From a virus (Duplodnaviria; Caudoviricetes), in IMG/VR virus record IMGVR_UViG_3300049580_000022, positions 2,017-66,016 of that record: a stretch of DNA of 64,000 nt. The stretch is one strand, 5' to 3'. A program made the translations under genes and the position numbers. Shown piece after piece: positions 35,910 through 45,326 of this stretch (positions are counted from its first letter, which is position 1; each line of letters starts with the position of its first letter). The notes under the pieces were generated by a model. The model was given only the letters and a program-made list of their open reading frames with translations, made no database searches and had not been told where the DNA came from.

Positions 35910-37006
35910 AGGAAATTTCCTCCAAGGACTGTGCGGCTTGAGCGGTTTCCAGCCAATGTTGGCGGCGATACCGAAGAATCACCCGACAGCGTGACGGACG
36001 ATATTAGGTTTCCGGTCAGGACGTCATAAGGCCCGACAAGACCGGCCATGTGCCCGGCCGCGCCGGTCGCACTCACGCCCACAAGCCAGACTTGCGCCGC
36101 TGTCGTGAAGCTTCCTGCCGCCGCATGCGCAATGGCCGCGCCGAGTGGGAAATCAATCTCCGGCAGGGTGAAATCTGCCGCATGCGCGGTCGCGCTGACC
36201 ATCGCAAGCTGGATGCTCTCTGTCTTCGAGAACGAAGCGGCGGCGCCTGTGCAGGTCGCGGCGGTAAGAGCATGTTGTTCTGCGATGGTGAAAGCTGCCG
36301 CATGCGCGGTGCAACTTGCCGCTGGCAGAGACTTTTGTGCCGAAGGGAAGAACGCAGCAACCGCGCCCGTCGCAGCGGCGGCCACAATGCTCGGCCCAGA
36401 CACCGGGGCGAATGCGGTCGCACTTCCGGACGCCGCCACACCTGCGATCGCTACGTCCACGCTTGAGACGAAGGCGGCAGCGGCACCGATCGCTGCAATG
36501 GCCGGCAACGTCTTGCTGGAAGTCGTGCCGATCAGTCCGGCGGCGCCGGTTGCGGCAACGCCAGTGAGCCCGTGTGCGATGGTCTTGGACGGGAAAGACG
36601 CAGCAACACCCGTCGCGTGAACGCCGGTGAGATTGAAGCTTGGCGAAGAAAGGATGGCTGCGGCTGCGCCAGTTGCGCTCACCGCCGTCATGGCATGCGT
36701 GGCGCTCTTTCCGAAGCTGGCAACCGCGCCGGTCGCCGCTGCGGCTGCCAGCGCGAAAGACGGTGAAGGCACGAAGGGCCTGACCGCCGCTGTTGCGCTT
36801 ACTCCAGATAGCGCGCGCGTATCGGATGGCGTGAAGCTCGCCACGCCAGCCGCGATGGTCGCTGCCGAGAGAACCAAGGACGCGGTTTTTGAGAACGCGC
36901 CAACCGCTGCCGTAGCGGATGCGGCGGGAAGTGCCGCGTTGACCGGGATCTGGCCTGATGTTGAAGCGGCAATCGGCCTTGAGGAAATAGGCGCAAAGCC
37001 CAGCAT
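35906..37006 (-). CDS. Ala/Thr-rich repetitive virion protein
   Basis: MLGFAPISSRPIA N-terminus; repeated LxGVxATGAxx units. Confidence 0.75.
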   Translation of the reverse strand: MLGFAPISSRPIAASTSGQIPVNAALPAASATAAVGAFSKTASLVLSAATIAAGVASFTPSDTRALSGVSATAAVRPFVPSPSFALAAAAATGAVASFGKSATHAMTAVSATGAAAAILSSPSFNLTGVHATGVAASFPSKTIAHGLTGVAATGAAGLIGTTSSKTLPAIAAIGAAAAFVSSVDVAIAGVAASGSATAFAPVSGPSIVAAAATGAVAAFFPSAQKSLPAASCTAHAAAFTIAEQHALTAATCTGAAASFSKTESIQLAMVSATAHAADFTLPEIDFPLGAAIAHAAAGSFTTAAQVWLVGVSATGAAGHMAGLVGPYDVLTGNLISSVTLSGDSSVSPPTLAGNRSSRTVLGGNFL

Positions 37007-37016
37007 TGCCTACCTC

Positions 37017-38318
37017 CTATGCCGGTGCAGCTTTTTCCAATGCCTCAATGCGAGCAACGAGAGAGGCAATAGTGGCTTGATCTTTTTGGCGCAGCCATCG
37101 CTGATAAATTACTTCCATGGAGTGAGCTTCGGCATATCGGATTCCGTATTCGACGACCTGCTTACCGTTCACATCAAGCACTGCCGTCCAAATGCCATTC
37201 GGATGATCAGCCTCGACATAGATGTCATCGGGAGAGCTTGGATAGGGAACGACTTCCCATTTCGGATCGGCGCAGAAGAAAGAATAAACGCTGATGTCCA
37301 ATCCTCGGTCGGAAAAGACCTTCATTGCCTGTTGGGCGATAAGGCCCATTTTATAACGTGCGCCGCCTTGTGCCGGATCATCGCTTTCCTTTTCCGCGAT
37401 ACTTTCAAGAAGTTGGTAGCGACCCCATTCGATCTCTCCCCACGCTTCCATTTCGGTATCGCTGAGAGGCGAGAGTGGTGTCTTAATGCGCGCATCCGAT
37501 CCTGTCGTAATTCCATTAACGACGTAGCCATTTGAGTATCGAAAGGATGTCGGCACTCCGAGCTGCTTTGCATTGTCCTGCACAGGAAAAATCTGTTGCG
37601 TATCAAATTCCCACGTCGCAGGAATGGAGCCGCCGTTTTGAACATAAATATTAAATCCAGAAGTGGTCGAACCTCCGATTAATTGCCCCACGGTGGACGT
37701 GCTGGATAGTGACCAGTTCCTAGAAGCCGTCCCATCAGACAGGATCAGACCGGTTGATGAATATGGTCTAACGCCACCGCTGCCATCAATCTGTACCGGG
37801 TGGGAAAGGGCGGAACCTATAAGAAATAGAGATGTTCCATCGGTGCCAATATAACCGCCCGTCGTACCAGCATAAGAGATTCCAATGCTGTAAGTGTTGT
37901 TAGTGCTTCCAAAGACATTCGCAACGCTACTACCGACCGAATATAGGGCGGTAGAACCTGCGGAGCCCGGAGCGCCACCGATGCCAACCTTGTTGAATTG
38001 CGGGTTCTGCAAGAAATCCGCGCTCGCATCGCACCACACGGTCGGCGTGTTGGCGAAAGCCACCTTCGTTGTGCCACCGGCGCTCGATGACGTGACCGTG
38101 CGCGAAAGCGTGTTGGTGTCGCTGTTATAAGTCGTGAGGCCGACTTCCCATGTCGGCGGGACCGCAAGATCGTCTCGCGCCGAATATCGGCTCGTATCGC
38201 CATTGGCGAGGATGGCCGACCACGCGCGAAAGCCTGATACCGCTCCCGACAAGGTGAAATCGGCCGTGCCCGTGCTGGATGCGGTCTCTTTGACGTTATC
38301 ACCAAGGACGAAACTCAT
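37017..38318 (-). CDS. Tail fibre/spike 2 with C-terminal S74 chaperone
   Basis: MSFVLGDNVKETASSTGTADFTL...WEVGLTTY anchor; GSDARIKT...GLIAQQ...YGIRYAE...IEALE. Confidence 0.85.
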   Translation of the reverse strand: MSFVLGDNVKETASSTGTADFTLSGAVSGFRAWSAILANGDTSRYSARDDLAVPPTWEVGLTTYNSDTNTLSRTVTSSSAGGTTKVAFANTPTVWCDASADFLQNPQFNKVGIGGAPGSAGSTALYSVGSSVANVFGSTNNTYSIGISYAGTTGGYIGTDGTSLFLIGSALSHPVQIDGSGGVRPYSSTGLILSDGTASRNWSLSSTSTVGQLIGGSTTSGFNIYVQNGGSIPATWEFDTQQIFPVQDNAKQLGVPTSFRYSNGYVVNGITTGSDARIKTPLSPLSDTEMEAWGEIEWGRYQLLESIAEKESDDPAQGGARYKMGLIAQQAMKVFSDRGLDISVYSFFCADPKWEVVPYPSSPDDIYVEADHPNGIWTAVLDVNGKQVVEYGIRYAEAHSMEVIYQRWLRQKDQATIASLVARIEALEKAAPA

Positions 38319-38359
38319 GCGCCACCTTCCATGACGCCGGAGCGGTCGCTACCCGGCGT

Positions 38360-38821
38360 TTAATTCAACTGAAGCAGGCTCGTACCTACGCCGTTCGTCG
38401 GCTGGACCAGCGTGAGCGTTCCGCCCGCAACGGTCTGGGTGCCACCGAAAGAACCAACATATACGGCTTTGTTCGTGGCAGACGAATTGTAGATGATAAG
38501 CCCATCGGTGCTGAAGCTTGCGCCGGTCCACGATGGATTGACTGACCATTGCCAGTACGCGCCTGTTCCGGACGTCAGCGGTGTGATGTTCTGCGCCGCC
38601 GTCCAGGCGAAACCGCCCGCCGTGTAGCCTGTGCCCGATACCTCGTCGGAATTTCCGGTAAGGTTGGAATAGTTCGTCGTGCCGGCGCCGTATGTTCCGG
38701 TCGGGGAGTTTTTGCAAAGCGCGGCCTTGAAGACATGGCCGGTCGTCGCCACGAAATTATGGATCGCTTGCGGCAGTTCGCCTTTGAAGCTCGTCGGAAA
38801 GGCGGTGGTGATTCCGGCCAT
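38360..38821 (-). CDS. Conserved tail structural protein (KxALY...SGTGYTAGG family), paralog 2
   Basis: TSFKGELPQAIHNF...FKAAL...EVSGTGYTAGG...LIIYNSS...FGG. Confidence 0.8.
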   Translation of the reverse strand: MAGITTAFPTSFKGELPQAIHNFVATTGHVFKAALCKNSPTGTYGAGTTNYSNLTGNSDEVSGTGYTAGGFAWTAAQNITPLTSGTGAYWQWSVNPSWTGASFSTDGLIIYNSSATNKAVYVGSFGGTQTVAGGTLTLVQPTNGVGTSLLQLN

Positions 38822-38833
38822 CGTGGTTTCTCC

Positions 38834-39409
38834 TTACTGCGGCTTCGCGCCATGCTTGTGCGCATGGTGGCGGCGGCGGACGTGTTTGTGGGTCGCCATG
38901 TGGGTGCCGATCACTTGGCGGATCGTCTGGGTGCGGATGTAGCGGTCGTATTCGACCTGCTGGCTTGCAGAGAGAGGCTCGACGTTCTCCGCCCCCAGCT
39001 CGTCGATGTCCTTCTCGCGCTGATCGAGCCACGTCGGACGTGCGCCATAGGTGAAATTGTCCGCCCATTCCGTGCCCTTCACGGCTGCGGAGATTTCGGC
39101 CATCGCGGCTTCGACTTCGGTGTCCTCCATCTTCACCTCGGCATCGGCATGGACCATGCCGCGCGTGGAGAGAAGACTGGCTTCCTTGGAATGCAGATCG
39201 TTGTGATGCTTTTCCAGCACCGTCGCGATCTTGTTCTGGAAGTCCTGAGCCGCGCGCAGACGCGCACCTGTCAGGCCGTCGCCCAGCGGCGCAAGCTGGC
39301 GCGCAGCGGCTTCGGCGTAAAGCTCCGGCGGATGCTCGCCGTGGGACGTGACCATCACCATGCCGCCCGTCGCCGGGTTATGGCTGATGTGAGATTTTGT
39401 TGCGGGCAT
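38834..39409 (-). CDS. Hypothetical virion-region protein
   Basis: GGAGG Shine-Dalgarno; fills the operon. Confidence 0.7.
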   Translation of the reverse strand: MPATKSHISHNPATGGMVMVTSHGEHPPELYAEAAARQLAPLGDGLTGARLRAAQDFQNKIATVLEKHHNDLHSKEASLLSTRGMVHADAEVKMEDTEVEAAMAEISAAVKGTEWADNFTYGARPTWLDQREKDIDELGAENVEPLSASQQVEYDRYIRTQTIRQVIGTHMATHKHVRRRHHAHKHGAKPQ

Positions 39410-39418
39410 ATCTGCCTC

Positions 39419-39589
39419 CTAACCGTTTGTTTTCTTGATGCGGCCGACCGCAGCATTGGCCTCGCGGATCGCCGCACCTTCGGAGAGCCCGCGCTTCAAC
39501 CCATCGTTCGCCACGCTGGCCCACACACGGCCTTTGTTGCCGGTGGCTTTCTTATTGTGCCGAGTGGCATCGGTGGGTTTCCACGGCAT
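39419..39589 (-). CDS. Small ChaB/DUF2188-like protein (not in ORF track)
   Basis: MPWKPTDATRHNKKA...WASVAN..L..G.SEGAAIREANAAV (56 aa); TGATG coupling. Confidence 0.65.
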   Translation of the reverse strand: MPWKPTDATRHNKKATGNKGRVWASVANDGLKRGLSEGAAIREANAAVGRIKKTNG

Positions 39590-40263
39590 CAGGGACGCCC
39601 CAAGCTGTTGGGCGCGACGGAGAATTTCTGGCTACCGCCGCTGGAAAAGTTCGTAAGCGTGAAGCGAATGGCCGTGATGTTGCGCACCGATCCAATCGCA
39701 TCCGCGCTCAGATTGTCATAGTCAGTGAGCGCCACAGGTGTGAGATAGGGCGCGCCTTTGGGATTGATGTTGCCGCCGCCTTGGGTGATGGGGAACGGTT
39801 CTTCGGCGGTGACTTCGATCTTGCCCGCGAACGTGCCTGCGAGCTTCGATACCTGAAAGCCAATGCCGTTGTTGTCGTATCGGTCCACGATAAACCAAGG
39901 CGTGGAGAGCGCCGCCGCGGTGCCGACCGTGATGTTGCCCGTCGCTGCGCCGTCGATCGACACGGCAAGCGGGCCAGTGCCGTAATCCTTGAGGCTGGTC
40001 ACGCTGGCTGTGTCGGGACCGGCAAGCTCTTCGGATTGCACGTTGCCGTTGCGATCCACGCCCGTAATGGTGAACGTGCGCCCGGTGTCATCGGCATCCG
40101 ACGCAATGGCGATCCGGCGCGGCATGTCGAACGTCACTTTCCCGGCGTCCATCATCGTGCCCGCCAAGGTGAGGTTTCCAGCAGCGCCGGGCTTTTGCGA
40201 AGCCGCAATGCCATCTGCGTCTGCGTCTTCGGGAGCCAGTGTCCAGAAACGGCTGCGTTGCAT
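39589..40263 (-). CDS. Virion structural/decoration-like protein
   Basis: PRRIAIAS...FTITGVDRNGNVQSEEL, similar to a segment of 41084-41890. Confidence 0.7.
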   Translation of the reverse strand: MQRSRFWTLAPEDADADGIAASQKPGAAGNLTLAGTMMDAGKVTFDMPRRIAIASDADDTGRTFTITGVDRNGNVQSEELAGPDTASVTSLKDYGTGPLAVSIDGAATGNITVGTAAALSTPWFIVDRYDNNGIGFQVSKLAGTFAGKIEVTAEEPFPITQGGGNINPKGAPYLTPVALTDYDNLSADAIGSVRNITAIRFTLTNFSSGGSQKFSVAPNSLGRP

Positions 40264-40272
40264 CGTGGCCTC

Positions 40273-40707
40273 CTATGCCGTCCGCAAGCGGCGCGTTCGC
40301 ACCATGCTTACGGTTGCTACGATGGCGAGTTGCACCATGTAGGCCAAGTTCAAAGACAGATCGTAGGCATAGCGGGCCGCGTAGCTGTTATCTCCGCCAT
40401 GGAAGAACGCCATGTGGCGTGCGCCCATGAGCATGAAGAGCGCTGCGATCCCGAAGGTCCACCATTCGTTGTCATCGTCCTTGAGCCACATGGTCAGGAA
40501 GACGATGCCGAAAACGCTGTCCATCAGCGGATAGAACTGGCCGTGGAAAGGCCGGGCATAGAGGACGAAAAGGTTGGATAGAACATACGAGCAAGCCAGC
40601 AGGTAAGCCGCTGGCCGCACGCCCTTGATGGCGTCAGGCGCCCGAAAGGCGATGCCGACCGTGAGCATGGTCAAGATGCCGTAGAAGATCGTCCAGCCGT
40701 CCAGCAT
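40273..40707 (-). CDS. Polytopic membrane protein (4-5 TM)
   Basis: MLDGWTIFYGILTMLTVGIAF...; TGATG coupling to the upstream peptide gene. Confidence 0.7.
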   Translation of the reverse strand: MLDGWTIFYGILTMLTVGIAFRAPDAIKGVRPAAYLLACSYVLSNLFVLYARPFHGQFYPLMDSVFGIVFLTMWLKDDDNEWWTFGIAALFMLMGARHMAFFHGGDNSYAARYAYDLSLNLAYMVQLAIVATVSMVRTRRLRTA

Positions 40708-40934
40708 CACGCCCCCGTGCCTTTCGATGTGCCGCCGCTGTCCGGGTGAACCGTGCCCGCTACGCCGCCATAGGCGCCCTGCGGCTGGCCGTCCTGATCC
40801 TCCATAGCGAGGGCCACGGTGTTGAGTTGCGCGTGGAGGACGGCAACCAACCGACATTCGGGATAGCGGCTTTCCAGCGCGGCCAACGTGGTGCCGATCC
40901 TGGATGCCAGCTTCTTGCGTTCCTCAATGGTCAT
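40707..40934 (-). CDS. Small protein with Gly-rich tail (PDSGGTSKGTGA)
   Basis: GGAGG Shine-Dalgarno; 75 aa. Confidence 0.65.
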   Translation of the reverse strand: MTIEERKKLASRIGTTLAALESRYPECRLVAVLHAQLNTVALAMEDQDGQPQGAYGGVAGTVHPDSGGTSKGTGA

Positions 40935-41079
40935 GCAGCCCTCCGGTCGGCCAGCAGGCGTTGGCCTCGCTCATTTTCACGACCGCCCGATACTCGCCCA
41001 CCGTGAGCAAGATGCAGATGCCGTAAAAGATGATCTTGAGCCATTTGGTGGCCTCGATCTTTCGCAATCGCCCCCACAT
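40924..41079 (-). CDS. 51-aa single-TM protein (not in ORF track)
   Basis: MWGRLRKIEATKWLKIIFYGICILLTVGEY... Confidence 0.5.
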   Translation of the reverse strand: MWGRLRKIEATKWLKIIFYGICILLTVGEYRAVVKMSEANACWPTGGLHDH

Positions 41080-41083
41080 ACGT

Positions 41084-41890
41084 TTATGCCGGTGTGACAC
41101 CGAAGAGCGTCTTGGCGGCCTGCTTATCGTCTGCGGTGGGCGTCAGATAATACTCGTAGGTCTTCGTGCCATCAGGCGCGGAGTTGGGCGCGTAGGTGCC
41201 GCGCACATCGCCCGTGCTGGCGCTGGCGGCGTTATCGTCTGCGACGACCACGGTGCCGGAGGTGTCCAGCGCGCCGTTGCCGAAGGCCAAAAGCTGGCTC
41301 TTGGCGGCAATGCGATACTTCAGACCCAGCACATTGCCCCAGCCAAGGTTCACGGTGTTGGCGGTTGCATCGCTCGCGGAGATGAGCGCCATGGAGAAGA
41401 TGGCCGCAAATGCCTTCTTGCCCGCCACGGTCTTGGACGTGCCGGTCGCGCTCACCGTGAGAGTTTCGCTCTGCGGCTGGCCGTAGATGTCGGCACCCTT
41501 GACGGTGATGGTCATGGGGACGATCGAGGTTTCGTGGGTGACGCTGGCGCTGACGTTGCGCGCCACATCGAGCGTGTAGGCGACCTGGCTCTTGCCGTCC
41601 GTGCTGCGATAGCCGTCCTTGACCGTCGCGCGCGTGCCAGCGTCGAGCGGCGACGTGCCATCCGTCGCAGGCGTGTAGGTCTTGGTGGCGTTGTTGGGCA
41701 GTTCCGCGCCCGTGGCGGCATTGATGAGGCCCGTGGCGGCTGCGGTTTTGACCGCGCCAAGCTGCACATAGCAGGCCGGGAGAAATTCGTAACCGCGCGC
41801 GTTGGAGCCATCATACTGCGCCATGTGGGGCGGGAAGACAGCGGCGCCAGTCAAAAGACGGTCGGCGGCGGTGAGGTGATGCTTGTTCAT
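41084..41890 (-). CDS. Virion structural/decoration-like protein
   Basis: AAGGAG Shine-Dalgarno; VARNVS...TITVKGADIYGQPQSETL...GKKAF; GDVRGTYAP. Confidence 0.75.
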   Translation of the reverse strand: MNKHHLTAADRLLTGAAVFPPHMAQYDGSNARGYEFLPACYVQLGAVKTAAATGLINAATGAELPNNATKTYTPATDGTSPLDAGTRATVKDGYRSTDGKSQVAYTLDVARNVSASVTHETSIVPMTITVKGADIYGQPQSETLTVSATGTSKTVAGKKAFAAIFSMALISASDATANTVNLGWGNVLGLKYRIAAKSQLLAFGNGALDTSGTVVVADDNAASASTGDVRGTYAPNSAPDGTKTYEYYLTPTADDKQAAKTLFGVTPA

Positions 41891-41965
41891 CGTAAGCTCC
41901 TTTCGAGCAACCCAATGTTTCAGGGCAACGAATGACTGCGCTGCCTATCTCCGGCGGCGGGTCTT

Positions 41966-41977
41966 CTTTCGTCTTTC
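41966..41977 (-). promoter_or_regulatory. GAAAGACGAAAG leader motif, copy 3
   Basis: Exact; downstream of the capsid terminator, 75 nt before ATG 41890. Confidence 0.65.
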
Positions 41978-42026
41978 GAGAGGAGTCGGCGGATATGACA
42001 CCGGAACCGCCCAAAGATCAATCGGC

Positions 42027-42058
42027 AAAAAAAGAGGGGCAGCATTTCTGCCGCCCCT
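42027..42058 (-). terminator. Intrinsic terminator after the major capsid gene
   Basis: AGGGGCGGCA-GAAA-TGCTGCCCCT followed by C and T7. Confidence 0.85.
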
Positions 42059-42081
42059 AGTTACTCCCCATGAAGAAGAAC

Positions 42082-42990
42082 TCAGTCGTTGCCCGCGGAA
42101 GCGAACGTGCCGCGCGGGTCATGCCATCCAAATACGTACCGTTCTCTGCACTTATAGCGCATGTTGCCCGTCTCGAAATCCCCTTCGATCCCGCGGCTGA
42201 GCGCCTTGCGCTTGAAGTGCTGCAAGCCGCCTTCCTGATCGGTCGTGAGGAAGAAGGCATCGGGGTCCGTGAGGAACAGGTTGCAAGACCAATCCGGGAT
42301 TGTGCCCAGCTTGTTCATCGCGTTGATGTCGCGATCCGCCGTTCCCGGACGTTCCACGCCGGCGAGCAAGCGCTCGGCCACGAACTTCAGTTCCTTCGGA
42401 AGGATCATCTTCTTGATGCGGATTTGCGCAGGGATACCGCGGTCATCCACCGTGCCATCAACCATGATGGACAGCGCTTCGAGGGAGCTTTCGCTCAGGT
42501 CTGCCGGGGTATCCAGCGTATTGGCGAAGGTGCCTCCGCCGCCCAGAGGATGGGAGGTGGAATACAACGACTGGCCGTCACCGCCCTTGTAGTTAGGGTC
42601 GAAGCCGTTGTTGAGGATCGAGGCACCCTTGATCTCCTTGGTAAAGACCATGGAGCGCGCCAGCGACTTGGCATACTTGCCGCCGATGGAGCCATAGAGG
42701 CCATCCTCTTCCGCTTCCTCGGTGATCGCGAAGGCCAGCGCGATGGTTTCGGCCTCGAAGCGCGAGAACCACAGTTCACGCCCTTCGTCGTAAGCCACCC
42801 CGGAGCCTTCCGGTTTCACCCGGCCGGCACCAAGGCCCATCTCCTGCACCTGTTCCTCGACCGCCTTGTCTGCGGCAACCTGCTCGTAGATGTCTTTCCA
42901 CATCTCCGGGTAGGAGCGGTATTTCAGGCCGAACACCGCATTCAGCCCCAACTGAAGCTGCTTGCGGAATAGATTGCGATTCATAACCAT
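42082..42990 (-). CDS. Major capsid protein (HTVC010P/uvMED-like family)
   Basis: QLQLGLNAVFGLKY...ETIALAFAITEEAEEDGLY...LARSM..TKEIKGASILNNGF...GDFETGNMRYKCRERYVFGWHDPRG. Confidence 0.92.
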   Translation of the reverse strand: MVMNRNLFRKQLQLGLNAVFGLKYRSYPEMWKDIYEQVAADKAVEEQVQEMGLGAGRVKPEGSGVAYDEGRELWFSRFEAETIALAFAITEEAEEDGLYGSIGGKYAKSLARSMVFTKEIKGASILNNGFDPNYKGGDGQSLYSTSHPLGGGGTFANTLDTPADLSESSLEALSIMVDGTVDDRGIPAQIRIKKMILPKELKFVAERLLAGVERPGTADRDINAMNKLGTIPDWSCNLFLTDPDAFFLTTDQEGGLQHFKRKALSRGIEGDFETGNMRYKCRERYVFGWHDPRGTFASAGND

Positions 42991-43005
42991 GGGTTCGCCC
43001 CTCCG

Positions 43006-43593
43006 TTAGATACCGACAATCGCGCCGGCGAAGAGTTCATGCTGAGCGATCAGCACCTCCGCGACAGCGTAATCGCCGTAAGCGTTGAACCCGCGACCGG
43101 GCAGAACCGCAGATTCCGCAAGGCCAAGGATTTTGATTTGGTTCTCGGTGTTGCCCGGCGGCTGGGCGGCGGTCCAACCAGACTGTCCAGTCTGAGTGTT
43201 GCCTGCGCCGGATACCAGGTTGGCGAGCGCCCGGACGTTCGCCGCAGAGAGCGCATCGAACATCACCTCATAGACGATGAACGGATCGTCGTAGATGAGC
43301 GCCTTGGCACCTTCGCCGTTGTAGGTCGCTTGCGCGGCGGGCCAGATTTTCGAGAAGTAGGTGTCGCCCGCGGCGTTGCGATATTCGCAGCCGTTGAAAA
43401 CGCCCGTGATTTTGTCGCTATCGCCAGCGCTTGCAAGCTGGATGTTGCGACCAGTCCCCGTGCAGACGACAGGATCGCCAATGCACAGTTGGGTGCCGTA
43501 GCCGTCTGCGATTGTGTAGGCGTTGTCGCGCACAAGGCCACCGAAGTAGTGGCGCTTCACTCGCAGACCGAACGGCGCGTTGGGATTTCCCAT
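43006..43593 (-). CDS. Capsid cement/minor head protein
   Basis: MGNPNAPFGLR...IGDPV...GVFNGCEY...YDDP..VYEV...I.ILGL...V.I..H. Confidence 0.8.
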   Translation of the reverse strand: MGNPNAPFGLRVKRHYFGGLVRDNAYTIADGYGTQLCIGDPVVCTGTGRNIQLASAGDSDKITGVFNGCEYRNAAGDTYFSKIWPAAQATYNGEGAKALIYDDPFIVYEVMFDALSAANVRALANLVSGAGNTQTGQSGWTAAQPPGNTENQIKILGLAESAVLPGRGFNAYGDYAVAEVLIAQHELFAGAIVGI

Positions 43594-43617
43594 AGCTTTT
43601 CTCCGTTGATTTCAGGT

Positions 43618-44211
43618 CTATTCGTCGCTCGCAGCGATGGGCTGGCGAACGCCTACTTTCGTCTTTCGCGACATGGTGATTGGCCCGAAGGCATCGCCAC
43701 CTTCAGCCCGGAGGTTGTGATCGCTGATGTGCGATTGCACCAAGGACTGGACCTGACGTTGACGCAGGCTGCGATAGTAAGCCCGCTTTTGCTCGAAGAG
43801 CGGGCGCGGCATCTCGCAGAGGACCAGATCGCCCTGCTTGATGACTTCGCCCAAGGATTTGGTTTGCACGGACGGGAACTTGCTGCGTTCGCCCGCGGGA
43901 ATGCTGCTGAACGGACGCGGGCGCCAGCCTTGGCGGGATTGGTTCGCCACGTTCTTCGCGTCGGCCTTCCCGACAAGATCGGTGCGTATCCAGCGCTGCA
44001 CCATGTTGGGACGCGCCGGCGGCGCATCGAGCGCGCCCGGCGGCGTCCACTCCTGCGGCCACTGATCGTGCACCTCGTTGTCGAAGTGCGACATGGCGTC
44101 GTGAAGATCGTGCATCCCGTGGTGCATCGGCTGATTGTTCTCGACCATCTTCGGCTTCTTGGTCGAGGACGGCGCAGCGGCGGCGGGAGATTGTGCGGGT
44201 CTGCGGACCAT
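43618..44211 (-). CDS. Conserved head-module protein
   Basis: WTPPGALDAPPARP..VQRWIR...D..NV....QGW...GDLVLCEMP...RAYY. Confidence 0.8.
   Translation of the reverse strand: MVRRPAQSPAAAAPSSTKKPKMVENNQPMHHGMHDLHDAMSHFDNEVHDQWPQEWTPPGALDAPPARPNMVQRWIRTDLVGKADAKNVANQSRQGWRPRPFSSIPAGERSKFPSVQTKSLGEVIKQGDLVLCEMPRPLFEQKRAYYRSLRQRQVQSLVQSHISDHNLRAEGGDAFGPITMSRKTKVGVRQPIAASDE
43656..43667 (-). promoter_or_regulatory. GAAAGACGAAAG leader motif, copy 4
   Basis: Exact; within the 3' end of the upstream CDS, 62 nt before ATG 43593. Confidence 0.45.
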
Positions 44212-45326
44212 TAGGCTTGTGCCCTTTCTTTTGCGGCAAGCTGGCGTTTGTCGAACAGCCATTGTCTGCGGTGGGCCGGAATAGCCGGGTCCATGCCAAA
44301 GCGTCTCATCTCGCGGAGGTCCGCATTGTCCAGCTTCACCTCCTTGGGATTGACGGGTTGGCGCTGGACGCCGCTTGTGCCGCTGGGGACTGGGGCTGCG
44401 CCGCTACCGTTGCCGCGGGTGCGCGTGCCGGTGGCGATGGCGCGACCGTCCGTGGTCTTGATGATGCCCGGATGCAGGCGGTTGAACCGCTTGCCGAGTT
44501 CCACGAAATACTCCGGCGTATCCTTGTCGAGCTTGCCTTCGGCGGAGAGGTCACGATCAAGGGCGCGCAAGACCGCTGCCTTGCTGGCGTATTTCGGGTC
44601 CGTAAACCACTTGTTGTGCTGCAAGAACTGAGGGGTGAGCTTGGAGCCTTGCTGTTGGGCAGGCGCGGCCTTGGTCTGGGCGCGCACAACCTGATCGACC
44701 ACCGGATTGCCAGCGGCGTCACGCGGCGCGCGGGCAAGCAAAGCATTGGCGCGCGCTTTCACATCGGCGCGCTGGTGGGCGATGGTCTGCAAATCCACCG
44801 CGTTCTGCCGCTGGTTGGCGACCAGATCGGCCAGGTCGTTCGTGAGGCGCACAACCTTCTTGGAATCGCCTGCATCCTGGGCGGCTTCCAGATCGGCATT
44901 CAGGCGGTCACGTTCGGCCTTGAAGCGCTCTTCATCGCGTTTCGCTACGGCCTCCCGCGCATCGAGCGCGTTGGCTTCGCCCACGACAATCTGCACGTCC
45001 TTGGGGTCGAAGATGATTTCACCTTCGGCCTGGGCTGCGGCGGGGGCGGCTTCTTCCGCAGCGGGTTCTTCGCCCTCGTCAATGATTGGGGATGGTTCGG
45101 ATTCTTCCTCCGCGACCTTGAGGTCGGGATCATCCGCAAAAGGATCGTCCAAATCCTTCTCGCTGGCCGGGCGCTTCTTGGACGAACGCCGCTCGCTTTC
45201 GGCGGCTATTTCGTCATCGAAATTCAGGTCATCCGTTTCGGTATCGAAATCGGGATCGGGATTGCCACGGAGGTCCGTGAAGTCCTCGAAGTCGTCTTCG
45301 GCGGCGGCGGTGCGGCGCGGTGCCAT
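44211..45326 (-). CDS. Scaffolding protein (putative)
   Basis: Acidic N-terminus, coiled coil, NKWFTDP, VKL...MRRFGM...W; between portal and capsid genes; AAGGAG Shine-Dalgarno. Confidence 0.75.
   Translation of the reverse strand: MAPRRTAAAEDDFEDFTDLRGNPDPDFDTETDDLNFDDEIAAESERRSSKKRPASEKDLDDPFADDPDLKVAEEESEPSPIIDEGEEPAAEEAAPAAAQAEGEIIFDPKDVQIVVGEANALDAREAVAKRDEERFKAERDRLNADLEAAQDAGDSKKVVRLTNDLADLVANQRQNAVDLQTIAHQRADVKARANALLARAPRDAAGNPVVDQVVRAQTKAAPAQQQGSKLTPQFLQHNKWFTDPKYASKAAVLRALDRDLSAEGKLDKDTPEYFVELGKRFNRLHPGIIKTTDGRAIATGTRTRGNGSGAAPVPSGTSGVQRQPVNPKEVKLDNADLREMRRFGMDPAIPAHRRQWLFDKRQLAAKERAQA

Noticed and set aside
31279-38318. Diversity-generating retroelement targeting tail fibres
   Set aside because: No reverse transcriptase, and no TR/VR pair differing at adenines; the only repeat is an in-frame fibre repeat.
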